From a virus (taxonomy: Duplodnaviria; Caudoviricetes): a DNA stretch of 25,697 bases. Location: the IMG/VR virus record IMGVR_UViG_3300014775_000091, positions 1 to 25,697 of that record; one strand, 5' to 3'. The notes beneath the pieces were generated by a model, which worked only from the letters and a program-made list of their open reading frames with translations, searched no databases and was not told the DNA's origin. Shown piece by piece: positions 1 through 8,402 of this stretch. The position numbers were made by a program, and so were the translations under genes. Within the stretch, counting starts at the first letter, position 1, and the number at the start of each line of letters is the position of its first letter.

Positions 1-132
1 GGCTCTTCCACCCTTACTTCCAGACTTAACGGATGATACTATACGTCTCCAGAGGGCTGGGTTGGCCTTCTTCGCCGAAGATTTCTTCAATATAGTTGAA
101 AAAATCTCGATGGGTACGTCCCAATTATCCAT
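1..132 (-). CDS. 5' part of a DUF5872-like basic protein (runs off the window)
   Basis: Manual translation from ATG at 130-132: MDNWDVPIEIFSTILKKSSAKKANPALWRRIVSSVKSGSKGGRA...; the 'LW.RIV..VK.GSKGG' segment recalls the DUF5872 family (usually followed by GQWSARKAQ). Start overlaps the protease stop. Confidence 0.6.
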   Translation of the reverse strand, partial: MDNWDVPIEIFSTILKKSSAKKANPALWRRIVSSVKSGSKGGRA

Positions 133-1411
133 TCTTATCCTTGTTGCCTAAGTGGGTAACAGAGGCTTCCATGTTGTGGAGAGTGTCTGAGATTTTGTTT
201 TGTACCCAGCCGGGGAGGTCTTCCTCGTCCTCAATTAACCCATAGAGTGAATCAGCGATATCACGGATTCGGTCTAACTGCGACCTAGCCATCCTACCTT
301 CTTCTTCCTTAGCCATCCATGCGGCAAATGCGTCTCTTGCTTTACGCATCTCCTCCATGTTGGGGTCACCTAAGAATTGCCCTGATTCATTAACGATTAC
401 AGGAGAGACAATGTTTCCGGGTTCACTGTATGTGACTGGAGCATACCTAGCTCTCTCTAAGTCAACTTCATCAGGAAGTCCCAAAAGAGATGTTATTGAT
501 CGGCTCTGTAGCTGCCTAGCGTTTTCATTCTCAAGGACAGCCATTTGTTTTGCTCCCAACCCCGGAACGATACTAGCTTTATCAAACCAAGCTGTAAAAA
601 TCTCTGTGAAAGTAGGAACTTCTTCTTTAGAAATAACTGTAAAGAATGAACCCGGCGTTGATGCTGGAACCACCTCAGACTTCATTAACTCAAAGTGGGC
701 ACCTTGGTTAACCCCTTTTTCACAGATTGTAACTTCAGCAAGTTCTAGCTGGTCTACCTGCATGTAAGTATTAGTGCCTTTGGTAATATTCTGAGTTTTG
801 GTTGCACTACCGGCAATAGAGTAGGAACGCATCTTGTTGTCTTTGATTTGGTCAGCGACCTTCAACCCAATTTTAGTGTCGTTGCGAAGCTCACAGATGA
901 AGAACAGAGCGTTGTCCTTTACACCACTCTTAAATATCTGTCCTGACTTGGCTATGAAGGCAGGAAGCGCATGTCCAACCTGAACATCGGAATGCATTAC
1001 CATAACATTCCTAGCTCGGAAATTATTCATGTATCGTTCAAAAGCATCGTCTAGGGCGGACATTGTGATAAGATGCCCTTCCCTGTCAACCAATTCCACC
1101 GAAGCAGGACCACCCACTACGACAGGTTCTTTGTCATCCAACTCTAATATCTTGACGACTTCAGCATATTTAGGTTCATTTGGATATGCTCTATTCAGAG
1201 TTAGGATTTCTGCTGGAGAAGCTAATCCAGCCTTGAATACTCGTTCATATTCTTTTAAGGCATCCCCAATATCACTAAGGGCAACTTTACCCCCCGTGTT
1301 CGATGTAGCTTTGTCCAGAATAATAATAGAATCTTCAGATTCTTGTAGCCATTTTTCGTATGCGGTGTTCGTTGCTGCTTCAATAACCATTAGGCTTGGT
1401 GAATCCCCCAT
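125..1411 (-). CDS. Prohead maturation protease (HK97/XkdF-like fold) with N- and C-terminal extensions
   Basis: Core GPASVELVDREGHLI...NVMVMH(S)...RSYSIAG...LAEVTICEKGVN matches herpes/HK97-type prohead protease motifs (His and Ser catalytic candidates); GGAG RBS upstream. Confidence 0.85.
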   Translation of the reverse strand: MGDSPSLMVIEAATNTAYEKWLQESEDSIIILDKATSNTGGKVALSDIGDALKEYERVFKAGLASPAEILTLNRAYPNEPKYAEVVKILELDDKEPVVVGGPASVELVDREGHLITMSALDDAFERYMNNFRARNVMVMHSDVQVGHALPAFIAKSGQIFKSGVKDNALFFICELRNDTKIGLKVADQIKDNKMRSYSIAGSATKTQNITKGTNTYMQVDQLELAEVTICEKGVNQGAHFELMKSEVVPASTPGSFFTVISKEEVPTFTEIFTAWFDKASIVPGLGAKQMAVLENENARQLQSRSITSLLGLPDEVDLERARYAPVTYSEPGNIVSPVIVNESGQFLGDPNMEEMRKARDAFAAWMAKEEEGRMARSQLDRIRDIADSLYGLIEDEEDLPGWVQNKISDTLHNMEASVTHLGNKDKNG

Positions 1412-2337
1412 ATTACTCCATATACTGTTGGAGTCTCGGTACCAGTAGCGTTTACGAAACTAATCCTCTCCCTGAAGTCAATTGGGAAGTTTGTTTCAAA
1501 GAAACCAGTGTGCGGCTCATCTGCCGTAGGAGCTTTGATGTAAATTCCTGTGGATGATGAGGCATCACAGTCAAAGGCAAGGTAAGTATTGTGACTAGTA
1601 TGCAATCTTATGCCTCTAATCACAACGGAATCTACACGCTTTTTAGAGATTGATAGGTCTGCGGTACCTTCCCAAGAGTAATCCCGCCCCAAATCACCTG
1701 CTATGTATGATGAATATGAAGAATCCGTTCTGACTTCATTATGAATTTTGTCTGCATAGAATGTTGTTGACTGTTGCGTTGGGGTCACAACCTTTACATA
1801 TGCGGTTGTACCTCTAGTAGTCTTAGGAATTACGTACTGGACTTGCAGTTGTTGAAAGGATGTGCTAAGGGTAACCGTATTACCCGTAGCCAAAGTAGTT
1901 CCGTCAGCGTCCTCTATAACAATTTGGACTGTCCCTGTCGGAGAACCTCCATCCCCTCTAACAACTGCTTGTCCAGACAACACACGTATCCCAGACGAAC
2001 CGTGCCCGATAACCTGTGTAGTGTAGAAACCTTCACCAGCAGCAGCGTTATCCGTTATGTTTTTTAACGAGTTAGAGCCGTCCGCAGCGTAGGTGGAACT
2101 CTGACTAATAGTTGAACCGGTAGCAGTAAATTCCGTTATGGTAGAGTTTTCAACTGAAGGGTTAGTAACAAGGTTAACCCCTGCTTTCCCTCGGTCTATA
2201 GTAAACAAGTCCTGAGCCGTATTAGTAGTACTTAGAGTCGTACTAAACGGATAGTACTTAGTAAACGGATGAGTTGATGTTCTGGTACTGGGGTCAATTT
2301 CCCACGATGACCAAGCATCATGCATCAAGTCTGCCAT
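1390..2337 (-). CDS. Virion protein with a CBM4/9-like carbohydrate-binding beta-sandwich
   Basis: Thr/Ser-rich beta-type sequence; NLVTNPSVE...GSNSLK...FYADKI pattern typical of CBM_4_9-like domains; AGGAG RBS; lies in the head cluster. Confidence 0.55.
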   Translation of the reverse strand: MADLMHDAWSSWEIDPSTRTSTHPFTKYYPFSTTLSTTNTAQDLFTIDRGKAGVNLVTNPSVENSTITEFTATGSTISQSSTYAADGSNSLKNITDNAAAGEGFYTTQVIGHGSSGIRVLSGQAVVRGDGGSPTGTVQIVIEDADGTTLATGNTVTLSTSFQQLQVQYVIPKTTRGTTAYVKVVTPTQQSTTFYADKIHNEVRTDSSYSSYIAGDLGRDYSWEGTADLSISKKRVDSVVIRGIRLHTSHNTYLAFDCDASSSTGIYIKAPTADEPHTGFFETNFPIDFRERISFVNATGTETPTVYGVIWGIHQA

Positions 2338-2350
2338 ATGTTATTATCTC

Positions 2351-2611
2351 CTATCGGTTATAAAACCAACTAATCAATCCCGTAATCCCGCCCAATACTA
2401 CTATTGTATGCAGTAGAAGTACTCCTACCGCTACCATACTAGTCTTCGCCCCGTAAACTCGGTTACGCCATTCTTTTATGTCTGTAAGTTCAGTATCTAA
2501 TCTATTTAAAGTTTGAGTCAATGTTTTATTTAGTTCTGATTGGCTTTCAATATAACGGTCTAGGCGTTCAGCATACACCGCTAATTTCAAGTCCACTGAC
2601 TCGTCGGCCAC
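2351..2611 (-). CDS. Small membrane protein (coiled coil plus C-terminal TM; holin/XhlA-like)
   Basis: N-terminal heptad-like region followed by hydrophobic MVAVGVLLLHTIVVLGGITGLISWF. Confidence 0.5.
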   Translation of the reverse strand: MADESVDLKLAVYAERLDRYIESQSELNKTLTQTLNRLDTELTDIKEWRNRVYGAKTSMVAVGVLLLHTIVVLGGITGLISWFYNR

Positions 2612-2970
2612 TATCGACCGTAGACCATAATCCGAACACTTACATTACTCAGGTCTTCTGTGTCTGCTACCTCAATAGTTGAAGATAGGTCTGTTGTTGT
2701 ATTGCTAGCATCACCATTGTAGACTTTTATTTTCGAGTTAGCGTAGTCGTACAGAGCAAAGTATGCATAGTCAGTCCCTGAAGTATCTTCAACGTTGCCA
2801 ATTGCAACGAATTCGATTTTATCAAGTCCTAGGTCGCTGGCTGCGAGAGACTCACCCCCAGTAGGATAAGAACTGTCGAATGTAACTTCAACTATTCTAT
2901 ATTGGAGATCGCCGGGAACACCCTTTGGAAACTCTGCACCGCTAGAAGAAGTGCTAATAGAAAGAGCCAT
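2611..2970 (-). CDS. Putative capsid decoration/cement protein
   Basis: 119 aa directly after the MCP; VTFDSSYPTGGESL motif seen in small post-MCP structural proteins; GGAGG RBS. Confidence 0.55.
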   Translation of the reverse strand: MALSISTSSSGAEFPKGVPGDLQYRIVEVTFDSSYPTGGESLAASDLGLDKIEFVAIGNVEDTSGTDYAYFALYDYANSKIKVYNGDASNTTTDLSSTIEVADTEDLSNVSVRIMVYGR

Positions 2971-2995
2971 TTATTTTTCCTCCATGGATACGTGT

Positions 2996-3023
2996 AAAGG
3001 CGGGGAGGTAATCCCCCCCGCCT
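2996..3023 (-). terminator. GC-rich hairpin after the major capsid gene (probable leaky terminator or stabiliser)
   Basis: Minus strand AGGCGGGGGGG-ATTA-CCTCCCCGCCT then TT: 11-bp stem whose one irregular pair is a G-U only on the minus strand; U tract is short. Confidence 0.7.
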
Positions 3024-3038
3024 AAAAGAAAGCTTTGA

Positions 3039-4391
3039 TTACGTGTTAAGGTCAACAATCTTGGCCTGAACATCGAAACGGTGTGCCCTAAGTTCAGCCA
3101 TCGTGTAAAGCAAACCACGAACTACGAGCGATGAAGCTGCAAAGTAGTCACGGTTCTCGATGTACTGAGTAGGTTGAGCAACCGCTACCTCAAGGTAGTC
3201 AGTGTCCAGAACGTAGACGTTAGAACCAAGCTCACCATCTGCGTCACTGTAAGACTTAGTAGTGTCTGCATCTGGAAGAATTGGGATACCCATGTAAGTA
3301 GACAGAACCAGACCAGTTCGAGTTCCGGGGAATGTCTTCTCCGAACCGATACCAACCTGATACTCTTCCTGACCGAGGTATCGCTGCTGAGAGTTGAGCA
3401 ATCGCTCAAGTTTGAAGTACTGGTCATGTCCCATGAGGATGAGCTTTGGCTCACCACCATTGGTGCGAATCTTCTCAATAGCTGTGTCCAGCATGTTGAG
3501 CGAGAGGTCTCGACCCGTACCAGAGTTGCCCTGTACCGAAGCAGCAGTCTTCCACTGGTTAGAAGAAGTTCGGCTTTCGGTAAGAGTAGATTCAATACCG
3601 TATACGTTTGCACGAGTGTCGGTCGTTGAGCTACCTACGTTTGTACCGTGAACGGTAACAATGTCGTCGATAGAGGTAAGACCAGCACGAGTGTGGACGT
3701 AGATAAGGTCACCGTCAGCTGGGTCGTTAGTGAAGTTAATGGTCAACACGTTACCGGAAATAGCGGTAATTTCAACACCGGTAGCATCTTCGTGTGTACC
3801 AGCGTTGTCAAGTGCGAACTTGTCACCAACTCGGAATCGGGAACCGTCGTCAACTGTTACAGTTGTACCGTTACCAGCAGTAGCAACAGCGGCTGAAGGA
3901 GCGGTCAACTCAAGGTTCATTTCCTTGATGTGGTCCAACTGAGCGTTCTCGTTTTCGAGGGCAAGAACATCACCAACACCACCTTCAAGCTGCGACGTAA
4001 ACATCGCCTTGACTGAGGCTGCGAATGTCGTACCAACGATACGAGGCAGCGACGAAACGGTCTGAATGTCCGAAACGTCGATTGTTGGCAACGAACCAGT
4101 TTCACTGATAGGCTGTGAACGGTTTGCGCCACGGTCGGCACGAACACGCCAACCAGCAGTGTTACCCCACACATTACGTGGGAGTGCGTTGAAGAAGCGG
4201 GTCTGGTTGTTCAGTGCTTGCCATACCTTGCGACCGAAAGTAGCCGTGAAGATATCACCTGAAACCGAGCCACCGCCATCTACACCGAGGGCAGTTCCGG
4301 AGAACGCCTTTGACAGGTACTCAGAACCGAGAAGACTCTGGGTCATTCCTCGGTTAGCCTGAGCTAGATATTCTGAAAGCGAAGTAGCCAT
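3039..4391 (-). CDS. Major capsid protein (HK97 fold)
   Basis: 450 aa after the scaffold; FGRKVWQALN...GWRV, P/A-domain-like C-terminus (LDTAIEKIRTNGG, YMGIPILPD, YVLDTDYL); AGGAGG RBS; followed by a hairpin. Confidence 0.9.
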   Translation of the reverse strand: MATSLSEYLAQANRGMTQSLLGSEYLSKAFSGTALGVDGGGSVSGDIFTATFGRKVWQALNNQTRFFNALPRNVWGNTAGWRVRADRGANRSQPISETGSLPTIDVSDIQTVSSLPRIVGTTFAASVKAMFTSQLEGGVGDVLALENENAQLDHIKEMNLELTAPSAAVATAGNGTTVTVDDGSRFRVGDKFALDNAGTHEDATGVEITAISGNVLTINFTNDPADGDLIYVHTRAGLTSIDDIVTVHGTNVGSSTTDTRANVYGIESTLTESRTSSNQWKTAASVQGNSGTGRDLSLNMLDTAIEKIRTNGGEPKLILMGHDQYFKLERLLNSQQRYLGQEEYQVGIGSEKTFPGTRTGLVLSTYMGIPILPDADTTKSYSDADGELGSNVYVLDTDYLEVAVAQPTQYIENRDYFAASSLVVRGLLYTMAELRAHRFDVQAKIVDLNT

Positions 4392-4413
4392 TTTTTCTAA
4401 ATCCTCCTAAGAA

Positions 4414-5172
4414 TTAAAGTGTGACCTCACCGTTCTGTACTGCGAACTGCAATTTGCGAAGTTCACCGTAAGAAAGGTTAGCAAGGTCATTAACGTCTAC
4501 GGATTCAGTAGCCTTAACAATGTCTACTTCATCCTTACCAAAGGTAGCCTTAGGAGCGACCAATCGGGTCTCTTCCTTAAAGCCCATTTTTCGTAGTCGA
4601 GCTTCGGACTCTTCCTGAACAGCCTTAGCAATATTAGCCTTAGAGTCAGCAAGTTCTTTCTGAAGAGCATCAATCTGCTTCTTCATCTGGCTGTACATAG
4701 CCTTCTCTTCGTCCTCGTCCTCATCCTCGTCCATCTCAGCCTTTTCCTCATCCTCGGCCTCGTCGTCCTCTTCAGCCTTCATAGGGTAAGACTTCTCTTC
4801 GTCTTCCTCTTCGTCGTCCTCAGCCTCAGCCTGAATAGTGGCTTGCTGGTCAGCAGCAGCTGTAGGAGGAGCAACAGTAGTGGAAGAGTCGTCACCACTG
4901 GCGTTTACAGGACCGCTGCTCTTAGCCTTGCGTTCCTTTTCGCCATCCAGATCATCAGTAGCTTTGAGCATACTAACAACAGCAGAAGCGACATCTTTTA
5001 CAAGAGCGTTTCGCTCATCAGCTTCAGCTTTGGCGAGTTCAGCCTCTGCATCCACTTCTTCGGCTTTAGTGAGCCGAGCGTCCATCTTTTGAAGTACTTC
5101 TGCCAAAGCAGCTAGACCCAGTGAAGTGCCTTCCATGTACTTCTCAAGACGACCATTGAATTCGTCACTCAT
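4414..5172 (-). CDS. Capsid scaffolding protein (start revised to MSDEF at 5172)
   Basis: Acidic, coiled-coil, Asp/Glu runs, immediately upstream of the MCP; GGAGG RBS at 5179-5183 precedes ATG 5170-5172. Confidence 0.8.
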   Translation of the reverse strand: MSDEFNGRLEKYMEGTSLGLAALAEVLQKMDARLTKAEEVDAEAELAKAEADERNALVKDVASAVVSMLKATDDLDGEKERKAKSSGPVNASGDDSSTTVAPPTAAADQQATIQAEAEDDEEEDEEKSYPMKAEEDDEAEDEEKAEMDEDEDEDEEKAMYSQMKKQIDALQKELADSKANIAKAVQEESEARLRKMGFKEETRLVAPKATFGKDEVDIVKATESVDVNDLANLSYGELRKLQFAVQNGEVTL

Positions 5173-5281
5173 TGAGAACCTCCAATATGATTCCATTCCA
5201 TTCCAATCCAAGTAAAGGTTGGTCTTAGCCACCGCCGACCTTTATATAAAAATAGAACAAATATTCTAAAATGTTCTAGTT

Positions 5282-5290
5282 TATTATACT
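5282..5290 (-). promoter_or_regulatory. Candidate late promoter AGTATAATA upstream of scaffold/MCP
   Basis: Exact copy of the recurrent 9-mer containing TATAAT, in an intergenic gap. Confidence 0.7.
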
Positions 5291-5316
5291 AGGGGAATTG
5301 AAAATCTACGAGAAGT

Positions 5317-5535
5317 TTATATATCTGTGTGTGAATTTATATCAATCTGACCGTCTAAGTACTTTAAAATCTCATTTCGGAAGTCGTACAACGGTACTTG
5401 AACAAGCTTTTTTAGCTTTTCACACTGGTTACCTTCGGGTAACGCTGCTTCTACTTGGTCTAATACTCTACCAACCATACGAGAATGTCTAGCTAATATC
5501 CATTCTTGTTCCGCTGATATCTTTCCTATCTCCAT
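5317..5535 (-). CDS. Hypothetical helical protein (72 aa)
   Basis: AAGGAG RBS; fits the minus-strand gene run. Confidence 0.65.
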   Translation of the reverse strand: MEIGKISAEQEWILARHSRMVGRVLDQVEAALPEGNQCEKLKKLVQVPLYDFRNEILKYLDGQIDINSHTDI

Positions 5536-5546
5536 GATTCTACTCC

Positions 5547-5957
5547 TTAATCAACCATAAACCCCAGTGAAGTGCCACCTTTGTTCATCATACTCTGAAT
5601 ATAATCAGGCAAATTATCCCCTACAACCCTATTCAAGGCATCTTCCAAATACGGCTGTCCTTTTCTCATATGTCCTTCTACCAAGGAACTTCTACCATTT
5701 TTAAGTCTTCTTCTAGTTGTGGGAATATACCCCCCATCATGAACAAGAACGGCATAAGGTGCTCGGTACGAAATGAATGACTCTCTTGGACTAATACTAG
5801 AAACCATAGAACGTTGAAGTTCTCCCGATTCATATGGAAGAGGCCCCTCAGGTTTAGGAATCTGAGATTCATCTTTAACCTGACGGGCTAACTCCTGCTG
5901 CAATAATTCAACAGCGGACATAAATATGTATCGTATACGGGTATTTCTATCAGTCAT
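5547..5957 (-). CDS. HK97 gp10-like / minor capsid-type neck or tail-completion protein
   Basis: PYESGELQRS...YAVLVHDG...GQPYLEDAL pattern (P..SG.L..S, YA..V..G, QPYL). Confidence 0.65.
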   Translation of the reverse strand: MTDRNTRIRYIFMSAVELLQQELARQVKDESQIPKPEGPLPYESGELQRSMVSSISPRESFISYRAPYAVLVHDGGYIPTTRRRLKNGRSSLVEGHMRKGQPYLEDALNRVVGDNLPDYIQSMMNKGGTSLGFMVD

Positions 5958-5961
5958 ACCC

Positions 5962-5970
5962 TATTATACT
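5962..5970 (-). promoter_or_regulatory. Candidate late promoter giving a leaderless transcript
   Basis: AGTATAAT-AGGGT-ATG: TATAAT ends 5 nt before the start codon. Confidence 0.6.
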
Positions 5971-7321
5971 AACTAACCCAAACTTCTGGAAGGTCTAATT
6001 CAAACTCCGAAGGCTGAGTATCGAACCTATCGAGGTAAACAACTTCTTTACCTACCTGTCCATACTCTGGGTGATAGTAAAGTACTAGGTGTTTTGGTTT
6101 AGTAATCACATGCAGCCTACTAAAAACAAATTCATCTCCACCTTTAGTGGTGCCGCAGATATGCAAACTACCTGTACCTATATCTATTTCATCTATTCTG
6201 TGGAAATGCCCTAACAAAACATCATCAAACGACTCAGGTACTTCATACGCTGCGTCCGAGATCAATTGAGTTTTGTATTGCAGAACAGCCCTCAGAGAAG
6301 TTATTGCTCGTTGAATGCTGGCTGTTGCTCCGCCCCCCGCAATAGAATCACCATGCATTATCAACACATTACGATTTGCTACTGAGAATACATGGGCAAA
6401 ACTCTTAGGAATTTCAAACTTAATGTTTTTCTGATCTTTACAGAATGTAGCAATCCACTGATACATCATGTAATCCCAATCCATGAATCTATCTTTAGAT
6501 GGGATTTTACGAGTCATGCGACCGTGGTTACCCACAACACATGGAACTCTAATCTCATCAAAGTGAGGAGCAAGGAACATCAAAGCTTGACTAATAACCT
6601 TGGCTCCATACATCATCTGCATCATGCAGTTGTCTACGTTAGTACGAGCAAGTTCTTCATGAATGTCTCCTGAAATCATGTCTCCTAGCATAGGAACAAC
6701 TAGTTCTTTAATGTCGCAGATATTGCGGCGATACTCAGCTAGGTTTAGAACTTGATTACTCCAACCCCAAATTCGTCGGCTAAACAACTCAATGTCATAT
6801 TCATTAAGTCCAACCATTTGTTCTGGAGATACTAAATCTCCAACGTGAGTGTCTGTAAGTGGAGCAACCATACTTTGAGCCGACTTACCTCTAGGTCCTT
6901 CGGAGGGTTTCCGAATAGGGAAAGGCTTTGTAGGCTTCATAGGAGTTACATATTTTTGTAAAGTGTCGATAAGCAGATCGTTTTTAGTTCTGTTCTTTAT
7001 GACCTGCTCATAAAGCTTTTTGTAATATCTAGATTCAGCTTTATACGTTTCGAGTCTTTTATCTAACCGAATGCGGTCTCCTAGAAAGTCAGCCTCGGAT
7101 TCAATAGGTTCGGGAGCTATGCCATCAGCCATACGCGCAGCAGCCTCATCCAAAACCTCAGAGTAATCATAAACCTCTCGGTCATACCATCTTTGGATAG
7201 TAGACCTGTGTACCGAAACCCCGTATTCTTCTTCTAGAAAATCGGCAAGACTAGTCCATGTTTGTCCGGCTTTCCTCCTCCGAATCAGTTCTGGCTTCGC
7301 TATTTCTGGAATCACGGTCAT
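5969..7321 (-). CDS. Calcineurin-like metallophosphoesterase with N-terminal HTH and coiled coil
   Basis: All five MPP motifs: DTHVGD, GDMISG, GNHGR, HGD, GHFH; N-terminal WTSLADFLEEEYGVSVHRSTIQRWY HTH; GGAGG RBS. Confidence 0.85.
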   Translation of the reverse strand: MTVIPEIAKPELIRRRKAGQTWTSLADFLEEEYGVSVHRSTIQRWYDREVYDYSEVLDEAAARMADGIAPEPIESEADFLGDRIRLDKRLETYKAESRYYKKLYEQVIKNRTKNDLLIDTLQKYVTPMKPTKPFPIRKPSEGPRGKSAQSMVAPLTDTHVGDLVSPEQMVGLNEYDIELFSRRIWGWSNQVLNLAEYRRNICDIKELVVPMLGDMISGDIHEELARTNVDNCMMQMMYGAKVISQALMFLAPHFDEIRVPCVVGNHGRMTRKIPSKDRFMDWDYMMYQWIATFCKDQKNIKFEIPKSFAHVFSVANRNVLIMHGDSIAGGGATASIQRAITSLRAVLQYKTQLISDAAYEVPESFDDVLLGHFHRIDEIDIGTGSLHICGTTKGGDEFVFSRLHVITKPKHLVLYYHPEYGQVGKEVVYLDRFDTQPSEFELDLPEVWVS

Positions 7322-8402
7322 CAGCGTCCTCCGCTTTGCTTGTTTCTAAAACTTCAAAATACTCTTTAAACATGTTATAAAAGGCATCAAACTCTTCGTC
7401 AGTACTTTTATAGGTTGTTTCCTCTGGAACCTTTTCTTCTGTTTCGGTCTTAGCTGGTTTAGATGGTTCTTGTATAACAGCCTGTCTAGGTAGATCAGAA
7501 CCAGCTTTTTCAACATCTTCGTTTTCAAGAACTGCGTCCTTAAGTTTAGACCCTGCTACAGCGGCTCCCATTCTAGCAAGTACTGCTAATTTTTCAAGCT
7601 CGTCGTCTTCTTTACGAAGATCAGAGGCAGCCGAGTTGACTATATCAGCTGCCCACTTTTCTACCTTTTTAGAGTCTCTCAGAAACCTATCTAGTTTGTC
7701 AACCCCGCTTCTCTTTTGTTTATTCTTTTTTGACGAATTCCCTCCATAGGTTGGAGTAAATACGCCGGGGTCTGAGGAGACAGCTACCGTACCAACACCT
7801 GCTACCGCTCCTCCACCACCATCCTCTTTCAGGAAAGAGACGAATTGGTCTAAAGTAGTTGATTTAGACATAGCTATCTCTTTACCACTCTTTACATCAT
7901 CAAGAAGTCTAGCCCTAGACTTCTCTCTAGCAGCTTGGGTCTTGTAATCATCGTCCCTTTTTCCTTGAGAGAGCACAGATTGTTTCGCTTTGATTGCTTC
8001 ACCGTGCCCCATTGCTGCGTTTAGATGAGCTTGTGCCGCTTCCGGAGATATTGTTCGGAGTCTGTTTGATTCCGCTAGGTGTCCTTGAGCAGCTTCATCA
8101 TGGTAGTTAACAGGACTTCTTTCAATCTTTGGGTGATGGATTGCTTTTACACCATTGCCGTAGTAATAAACTACCGTACCGTCCGGACGTTCTTCTTTTG
8201 TCAGGTACGAATGATTTTTAGCTTGCTCCGGCTGCGACAAATATTTACCTGCTTCGGAGTCTGGGTCAATGTCCTTTTGTTCAGGAACGGAACCTACATG
8301 TCTGGTACCTGACTCTGGGTGATTGGAAGAATCATAATATAATTCTTTGCTCCAATCCCGCTTTTCCTCCTGTGGAGCTTTATCATCTTTCTGCTCAGGC
8401 AT
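7251..8402 (-). CDS. Hypothetical modular protein, probable internal head protein
   Basis: Follows the portal; charged and low-complexity, with a His-rich helical segment, a Gly-rich segment and many hydrophobic-x-K sites; GAGGAGG upstream. Confidence 0.55.
   Translation of the reverse strand: MPEQKDDKAPQEEKRDWSKELYYDSSNHPESGTRHVGSVPEQKDIDPDSEAGKYLSQPEQAKNHSYLTKEERPDGTVVYYYGNGVKAIHHPKIERSPVNYHDEAAQGHLAESNRLRTISPEAAQAHLNAAMGHGEAIKAKQSVLSQGKRDDDYKTQAAREKSRARLLDDVKSGKEIAMSKSTTLDQFVSFLKEDGGGGAVAGVGTVAVSSDPGVFTPTYGGNSSKKNKQKRSGVDKLDRFLRDSKKVEKWAADIVNSAASDLRKEDDELEKLAVLARMGAAVAGSKLKDAVLENEDVEKAGSDLPRQAVIQEPSKPAKTETEEKVPEETTYKSTDEEFDAFYNMFKEYFEVLETSKAEDADDRDSRNSEARTDSEEESRTNMD

Noticed and set aside
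4700-4830. Short tandem gtcctc/ctcttc repeats
   Set aside because: They simply encode the Asp/Glu runs of the scaffold; not an independent DNA repeat element.
5254-5267. LexA-like box AGAAC-AAAT-ATTCT
   Set aside because: One half-site mismatches GAAC-N4-GTTC, there is a single copy, and it is better explained as part of the leader hairpin.
7251-7321. Programmed frameshift fusing the 383-aa protein to the phosphoesterase
   Set aside because: The downstream gene has its own GGAGG RBS and ATG, and no slippery heptamer was evident in the overlap.
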